From: a virus
Lineage: Duplodnaviria > Caudoviricetes
DNA: 59,666 nt
Strand: one strand, 5' to 3'
IMG/VR virus record: IMGVR_UViG_3300034152_000748
Coordinates: 1 to 59,666 of that record
The position numbers and the translations under genes are program-made. The notes under the pieces are model-generated. The model made no database searches. It had not been told where the DNA came from and was given only the letters and a program-made list of their open reading frames with translations. How positions within the stretch are numbered: position 1 is the first letter of the stretch; every line of letters begins with the position of its first letter. Of this stretch, positions 32,101-41,100 are shown in pieces.

Positions 32101-35100
32101 ATTCCGTACCCGTTGGTTTTCCAGTAGACTTAATGCTTGAAAGAACTTCTTTTATTTCATCTGCCATTTTGTCAACATTAAGACCTTCGATAGCTACCTG
32201 CCATTGTTTTGCTGCTATATGTAAAGTCCTCAAATTTTCAAATATAGCGTCTAAATCTCCTCCAGTGAACATGCGAGGATCTTCAAAACCACCCAAACCT
32301 CCACCACCGGCGGCTCCTCCTCCAACAGCTCCTGCAGCTGATTTTCTTCTTGGGGTGGGATCTCCGAAAACGTCCCTATAGCTTCCACTAGCAAAACTTT
32401 GCACAACTTTCTTATCATATTTCTTTTCTGTCAAATAACTTCTAGCTCTTTCTACAAATTCATCCAACTCCTTGTGAGAAACCCCTTCTATCCCGGCTCC
32501 TCCAGTAACATTGGAAGTCGTGGCATAATCAATTTCTCTTCCCGCAAGCCTTCTCTTCAAAGTGCCCAACGCTGATTTGTATTTTTTGTCAGCGTCTTTT
32601 AAAGGATTGTTTTCAACAAGATATTCCTGTATTAATCTCCTGGCTTCTCTAATTGCGTCTATGTCTTTATCAAATCTTTCTTCACTGAATCCAAATCTAA
32701 CCACTGCTGGTTTCTTCTCTTTCTTCAATTTGTCATAAAAACGAATTTCACCAGTAAGACTTGAAGGGTCCATTTCCTTTTCGCTTGCTAAAGCTTTCAT
32801 GTAAAAATTAACCTGAGAAATCGTTTCTTCCAACTTCTGCCTAGTGTAAGAACTAAGCTCCCTATCCATCACCTCGCTTAAACCTTTAATGCCCTCGCCA
32901 ATCTCGTCCACCATTCTTCCACTAACGGTCTTTATGTCACTGACTCTTTCAATTTGATCTTCCGTGTCTCTAAAAACCAAATCAATGTGACCAGTTATTG
33001 TTTTGGCAACTGAATCTTCATATGAAACTGGGGTTTCTACATCGACCGATTTTCCCAATCTTTTTTTCAATCCTTTTTGTATAGAAGAATGCAAAGCAGT
33101 TCCCAACATCGCCTCTGCCTCTAACTTAGGACTTGTAATCTCTCCTAAACCAAGCATCTTCTCCATTATGGATTGAACTTGTGAAACCTTCAACTTTCCC
33201 ACGTCAGTAAAACCTTTGCCAAATATACCTCCTTTTTGTCTGTATATACCGCCTCCAGAAATGGCGCTTGCTCTAAACTTAGACTCAAAGGTTTCTCCAA
33301 CAACCTTGGATCCGGAAATTTTTTCTGCCATCCCTTTAAGATACTCAGCCTCTTTGTCCACCGCCCCTTTAGTTTGATTGGAGTATTCTTTCAACACATT
33401 AGCAACAGTAGAACCTTGACCAAAATCAAATCTTGGCAAATTCTCCAACCCACCGACTATCTCCACCAACAAAGGCTTCCCGCCACAATTTACAACAGGA
33501 ACACATTCTCCAGATGCAACCGACAAAGTAGCTTTGTCCACAGCTTCTTTAGCTGCAGAAACCCCATCTGCTTCTGCCCGTTTGGACAAAATTTCCTGTG
33601 CTTTGGAAAGACGTCTTTGATCCAACGGACCTCCGGCAAAATCCGCTGCCGCCCTTCTTTTTTTAATCTCTGCAGGACCCTCTAAAATACTCTCAGTGGC
33701 CTCTTTACTTGGCAATATGCTTCTCAACACCATGCCCTCGCCACCTCTTGACACCAAAGCTTTTATAACTTTGTCCAACTGAGCAAGAGCTTTTTGTTTC
33801 TCCACCCAAACCTCGGTGTATTTCTCCAATTTGTTTACGTAATCTTCCCTTTCCGCTTCAGAGGCTCCTTCAACAAGAGGTCCCATCGCTTGTGCTATTT
33901 GATTTTTAAAACGTTCTCCAAACTTCTCTTCTATATTAAAAGATTCTATGTCTGTCATTGGAGGAATGCCGGCAAAATCAGAAAGTTCACTGATCTCCTT
34001 CCTCATATTTTTCATTTTTCTTTCGTCAAATTTTTCAGACAACACTCCTGCCGCGTCCATGGCTCCGACAATGCTTTCTTCAAAAGCCCTTCTTCCTTCT
34101 GGCTTGGATGTCTCTTCCACAATTTTAGCTGCTTTTTCTTGATCTTTGTACAAATTCTCTATAGAACTTGACAACAACTCGGAATAAGCCCCAAGTCTTG
34201 GCTTTTCAGTTATTGTGGAAAAATCCCTGAGTATTTCACTTGAAGTGGCTTGAGCTTCTCTGTACTTCCTTAAATACTCTTTCTCCTTGCCGGTGCCAAA
34301 TTTATAACCTACTGGAGCTTTTATTCCTCCAGTCATTTTACCTTCTTCTTCCCCCAATCTTCTGCTAAGAGCCTCCAATTGTGACTTAGGCGTGGCACCC
34401 CAAGCTCTTTTGCCATACAGCGGTTGCATTTGACCGAACACGTGTCGTCTAATATTTATGCCACCAGGAAGATTCTCTTGCTCCCACTTAATCCGTCCCT
34501 CTGCGTATCTCCTGAGATCGGTTGCCCCTCTTGTTCTCTCACGACGAACTTTTGGGGGCAATCCTTCCAATTCTCCTATCAACCCTTCCACCGCTTGTTC
34601 TTGTATTGTCACTGCAAGTTCTTTTAAAAAGGACTTAAACCCCACCATTTCCACAGCTCTTTTTATTAATTTCTCTCTTGGCTCTATTCCTATGTCTGAC
34701 GTAGGCAGACCTCTTGCTTCGCTAATTTTAGTAAGCTCGCCTCTAATGTCCTTGGTTTTCATCTTACCAAGTCTTCTCTTCACGGCAATTTGATTTGCCT
34801 CGACAAACTCTTTTAGATCTTCATAATCCTTCTCAACCATTATTGATTCATAAAACTCTCCAGCAGCCTCAGGTCCCTTTGCTAAAACCCCCGCAATTTT
34901 ACCTGCAACGGGGGCCGCGCCTGCGTGTTTTACGTCCATTCCTTTTTGCAAACCAAACCTAAGCAACTCATTCATCATGGTTTGAAATTCAAATTCAGGC
35001 CCTTTGGATCCAAATATGTTTAGCTCTCTTGGGTATTTCTTTTTAAAACTCTCTACGGCCCTAGACTCAGCGTCTGGAGCTATTTGACCCCCGGCAAAAC

Positions 35101-38100
35101 CCGTAATCATTTCGGCAAGCCTATTTATCCTATACAAAGCCTCGGTTTCTTGACCGGTGTGTATCTTAAAAAGCTGGGCCGCCAAAAACTCACTTTGCTT
35201 CTCTTCAGACAACCTTCCTCTAATTCTTTCTTTAACCAACCCTATTCCTTTGAGATCTTTAATTGAATCCATCAAACCGGACGCCGTTTTGTCTATGGAA
35301 GCGTTTATTACTTCAAGAAATTTCTTTTCGTCTTCATCCCCCTTCACAACGCTCCTAACTATGTTTTCAAGTTCTCCCTGAACGTCTCCACCTTCTCCTG
35401 CCAGTATCTCCAATTGTTCTCCTGGTTTTAAATACTCTAATTTTTCTGTAAAAAATGGTTTCTTGAGAAATTCATATCCTTTCTCAGAAGCGAATTTCTT
35501 TTCAAACGCAGCTGACATTTCCGCCAAAGGAAATTCACCGCGAGCTTTTGACATGGATTTAGCAGCACCATAAGTAAACACGTCTCTAAAGACAGCCCTT
35601 GTGCTGTCTATGTCTTCAGCCAACGAATTAAAATGTTGTTCGATGTTTTTTCTAGCTTCAGCAGTCTTGGCGGCATGAACTTCGATGGCGTCCCCATCAA
35701 AGTCTAATTTTTGTTCGTGGGACAAATATTTAGGAAGAACGTTGCTTATGGCAGTATTAAGCTCGTCTATTAAATTGTTTAACTTTTCTCTCTTCGCAGC
35801 GCCCTCTTCTGTGTCTCCAAGAGCTTCCCTTCTTTCCGACAATTTCTCCACAACGGATCTTGCGCGTTCTATTTCTTTGTCAAACGCTTCCAAATCCAAC
35901 TCTGGAATTCCAGGAACCGCAATTGAATATTTGCCAAAATCTTTGGCTCCTTTTTTTCCTCCAATCAATTTAGGCTCAAATGGCTGCACGCTGGAAATTC
36001 CAGTGAACGGATACCTCACAGTTTCTATGTATGGAACCAAATCTTCTTTTACATGCTTCTTAACTTCGTCTCTTATAGCGGGATCCGTTTCTTTGCTTAA
36101 GCTGGATCTCACTATATCGTCCATGTACTTAAGCATGTCATAAAGAGATCCTTCTTTAGTAACAGCCTTTTTTCTAACCGTTTTGGGAACTCTAAAAGTT
36201 TCCCCTCCAAGAACGTTGAATTCTTCTTTGTCTCTTCTATATTTTTCTGTGTAAGTGACCGGTATCTTTTCAGCAAATTCTTTAGGAATTCCAAGCTCAG
36301 TTTGCTTAAGAACCGGCAAACCCATCTTTTTGTATTTTTTTACGTTCTTAGCGTGCTCTTCATTTATGTCTGATATCTTTTTTGAAACGTCAAGCAAGTC
36401 TTGCAACCCAAGCTCTTCATCTAAATCTTCAAAACCTCCATATATGTCTTTCAAAGATTCACTAAACTTTTTGAGATCTTCGGTTTTGTCAACGCTGGCG
36501 GTTATGGCTTTGCCCATAACGGCAGGTATCTTTCTGGAAAACAACACTTGGGCTATGGAACCTGACTTTCCCAAAACTTTTTCAGCTATTGTTTCATAAT
36601 AATCCACTTTTGCTCTAGCAAATTGAGCCAAAGCCCTTTCAAAAGCATTTTCTTGTGTGGCAACGGTGTCCAGATCCGCTTCTTTAACTAACTCATAAAG
36701 CTGTTTTCTTGAAAACGATTCTATGAGAGGAGTGGCTTTTTTAAACTTATCCTCGCTTCTTTTAATGTGTTTCCTCAATCTATTCGCAAATTCCTCGCTT
36801 CTTTTGTCTAAACCTTGCCTGCTTGCAAATTTCTCTACAACGTCTTGGTCGTACTCCCCCCTCTTTATAAATTTCTCAGCCTCTTTCATTTCATCCAACT
36901 CTTTACGAGACTCTTTTCCAGAACCAATCAACACGTCAGCTATTCTTCCAACAACGTCTGCATGTGCCTCCACTTGTGATTTGACTTTCAGCTGTTGCCC
37001 AAGAAAAGCCTCTATATGCTCCACTTGTGAGTATTCCGCTGCTGGAGTAAGTCCGGTGGTTCTATAACCAGGAGGCATGGTGCCTTTTTCCACAGACAAA
37101 AACGGTTTAAGTTTTTCAACAATTCCAATTACCTCTCTTACGTCACCTCCCTCCCTTTTCAACGCGTTAGCTCTTCCAACCATCCCTTTAACAGCGGAAG
37201 CGATGTCTTCTCTTAACTTTTCCATGGAGGTTCCGCCGTAAGACTCTTCCAATATCGTGTTTAATTCTTCCAGCCTTTTTTCCAACCCAGCCTTGACAAA
37301 CTCATCTTGTGAATCATCCAATCGAGAAATAGCCATCTCCAAATCCTCAACCTCTTTAACTATTTCCGACATGCCCCTTCCAATCTCTTCCACTTTTTTA
37401 GCGGAGCTTATGACGTTCATAAGACGCCTTGTTGGAATTGTAGGGCCATACTCACCTCCTATTATTTCTTCTTCATACTTTCCTCTCGCTGCTGCTCCAG
37501 GAACGTACAAAGGCTCTTTCTTGGTTGGATCTGCGACACTAGGAATCATCACTTTAAACGCCTCTGGATGAGCACTCATATCCAATAAGGTGTCTTGTAA
37601 GTCTTCAAAAGCTCCCACAGTCTGATCAAACTCGGCTATGCTTGACAACTCTTTTGTAGGGACAGTTTCGAACAAACGTTTCCTAAACTCCCCAGCCTGT
37701 TCGTTCATTGACTGTAACGCTTTGATGTATTCTAAATGTTCTCTAACGTCAGCTCCGCCAGGAGCGCTTCTTATTTCTTCCATTATTGGGGCTTTTTCTC
37801 CAAAAATGGACGCATAAGCGGCGTAAGCTGGTATGTTTAGTTTCTCCCCTTTTATTCCCTTCTCTATCTCTCTTTTTGACCAATCCGCATAAAGATGCGG
37901 TTCTTCTATAACTTGTAGAAATTTAGTTCCAACAAGACCCTTTCTTTTCTTTACGCCAGGACCTTCTTTGGTTAAAGTTCTTTCCAAGACATCTACGTAA
38001 TAGTTGGACAACTCTTCCAACTCTAAGGCCTTTTTACCAAACCTTTCCTCCACGATATTTTTAGCCTTTCTTATGTCCTCATCCGTTCCAGTAAAAGCAG

Positions 38101-41100
38101 ACTCATACCCTAACACAGCGGCGTATTCACTAAGCTTGCCCTTCTCTCCTTTTTTACCCAATAAAGATCTGTATATGTCTTCTCCAAATTTTGTTTTTAG
38201 CGTCGTTGCCCCACTTATTTCTTTTCCACGAAATTCTTTAGCGCCCACTCCTGCAATGTTAGCCAAAACAGACTCCAACACCTCTGTTTGCAAACCTCTT
38301 TTTCCAACCCCATAAGAACTTATCTGTACGTCAATGGGCATTTCTTTATAGAGTTCCGCCTGTTTGCCAAGTTCTTTCTTGTACAAATCTTTAAGCTGCT
38401 TTACCCCCTCAATGTCATCAGACAAATCCGTCCCATAAAGCTCTTTCATTTTATCAACAACTCTTTTAAACAGCTTTTGTTGTTGTATCGCCTCGTCTGC
38501 AACGACAACGCCTTTGTCCACATCCTTAAACATGGACAACATGAACTTGTTTCCAGACTCAAGCAAGTTTTTCTGCAAATTCCGATTTGACACTAACCCA
38601 GAATACTTAGTCAGACCTTTTGACTTCTCTTCTATAAGTTCAGAAGCAAGCTCACCCAACGTTTTTGGCATGATGGCTGTGCCAAGCCCTGCTTTTTGCG
38701 CTTCTTCAGGAGCCAAAACCTTGAACTTCTTGTCTTCTTCATAATACTGAAGTACGTCTCGAGCGCCTCTTGGCAAAGTAGGAGTTACGCCCACTCCTTT
38801 GGCTCCGTACCGCGTTGTAACCTTTCTACCAAAATAATTCATGAAAACTTCAGCCAATCTGGCCGCCTGAACTTCCACGTCGGCAGATCTAACAACTGAT
38901 ATTGCTTTAGTGACGTCTGAAATCAAAGCCTTGTCAGCCCTTCCCTTATATTCCTTGCTAACTCCAAGAACGTTCTGTATTTCAGCTGCGGCATCCATTA
39001 CTGACTGCTCCACGTCTCTAAGCAACTTTGGTTCCACTTCACTGATTCCAGCTCTTGGGGCGCCTTCAACTCTTCCTCCCTTGCTTGGAAGTATAAGCTT
39101 TTTAGTTATGGAGGTAAGGGCGTCTGCCAACCTTCCAGATATAAGCACTTGATCCTCAAATGTATTTGCAGTGCTTCTTAACTCAGCCAGCACGTTAAAA
39201 CCATATCCTCCTGCGCCATACCTGCCACCGGCAATCATCCCTCTCTCACGTTCAGTTCTTAAACTTGGAAAATCGGTAGTCACTTTACCCAAATCAACGC
39301 CGAATCTTTTAAACGCGTCGTTTATGTCATCTTCACCAGAAGACAAAGCGTTTGTAACATTGGATATGTTTCTGCCAACGTTTTGAAACTCCGTTCCGAA
39401 CGGGGCGAGTTCCCTAAGATTTTCCGTATACATCTTAAGAGTGTCTGCTTGCAAAGTCCTTAAATACTCAGTTCCTTCTTTAGCCATTCCCACGCCAGGC
39501 CTTAATGAAACAACCTCTGAAGCCGATTCTGGCAGACCTAAAGTTGAAACAGTTCTTATTCTTTCAGGCACTCCTATCTCTTCCAATCTTGACAAAGCTT
39601 CTTTAGTTCCTTTGCTTTCAAGAACTTTCACTTCTGACATAATTTCATTCAATCTAAAGTTTATGTCTTTTATCAAACGAACTTGAGTTTGTGGATCTGT
39701 TTGCGCCTGTAATTCTGGTTGACCTCTCAAAACCCCCCTGCCATAAATTCCAGGAACTGATTTCATCAACACCTGAGCCACGCTTTCTTGATGAACCCCA
39801 CGCCTTGGCCTGCCTCTCTCTATCAAAGGCAATATTTGCTCAATTTGCCTCACTGCCCTTTCGTATTCTCTAATATTGCTTTGAAAACCAGGCCTCTTCG
39901 CCACGCTGCCAAGAACCCCTTGTTTTGCCTTTCCTATAGGAGAAGTCATCACCTTTTCCAAAACGTCATAAACGTTTTCAAATTTCAAAGAATCCAAAGC
40001 TTTTGCCACGTCATACGCAGACAAACCGGCTTCTGCCATTCTCTTCATAAACTCATCTATTGATTTGTTGTCGATGTTTTGTAACGTCTTATATACTTCA
40101 TCAACTCCCTTCTTAAAATCCTCTAAAGAAGTTATCCCCGCCTTCTCCAATTGAGCGCCTTTAGACACGGCGGCCGCCTTGTATCCTTTAGCCACAAACT
40201 CCCTGCCTCCAAACTTAACTATATTCTTTATCATGTCTCTTGACAAATCTTCCGCTTGTTTAGTGGCTCCGGGATCGGGCCTATAACCAACGTCTCTGAT
40301 GCCGGCGCCATATTTAGCGGCCAAAGAAACAGTGCCTTCTTCAGTAAAATCTTTGGTCAACGTTCCCAACTTTTTGAACATTTTTTCCAAGCCACTTTCA
40401 AAAGTGACAAATTTTTGCAAAGCCCTCTGACTTCCAGTGGAGGTTTCAAAAACAGAGGCGCCGGTGCTAGTCAATCTTGCAGCAGGGATGGCAATTTTTC
40501 TCAATAATGGATCTTTGCCTCCCATTAATTTATCCAAAGCGTATTTCTCGCCTATGGTTTCCTTAAACACCCTTGTTATTTCATCATAAGAATCACTCAA
40601 AATCTTATTCAATTCGTTAACCATTTCTTTGCTTGGAACAGACGCTGGGTGTTTTTGTCTCAACTTAATCACTTCTTGCGCCCGTTCTTTGCCAAATATT
40701 CTGCCTATGTTTTCTTTATGTGCTGCTTTGACCCACCCTGCTATCTCCTCAACCCTCAATTCTTGGCCCCTAACCTGACGAAGCTTCTCAGCTTTTTTCT
40801 CTTCCTTAAACAATCTGACCAACTCCGCCGTGGACTGCCCTCTAGTGGCCTTTTGCCCAAGAACGCTTCTTAAACCTGCAACATCGGCTATTTCAAACGA
40901 CCACTGTTTTCCACTTGTTTTTAAATTAGCTCCGGAGGCCAATTTAAAATACTCTTCTATAGGCTGTTTTGAACTTTCTCTGACTATCTTCCACCCAGAA
41001 CTTAATTCTTTTTCCATTTTATCAATCATGGTTCTTTGTAATTTATACAAAGAATTAGAAAGTTCCGTTATATTGTCCTCCACGGATTTAAAAGCCTTTG

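Noticed and set aside
35690-35704. DFDGD as an EF-hand/FG-GAP calcium motif
   Set aside because: Preceded in the correct order by at least six other RNAP motifs and followed by xxxVH as in beta'.
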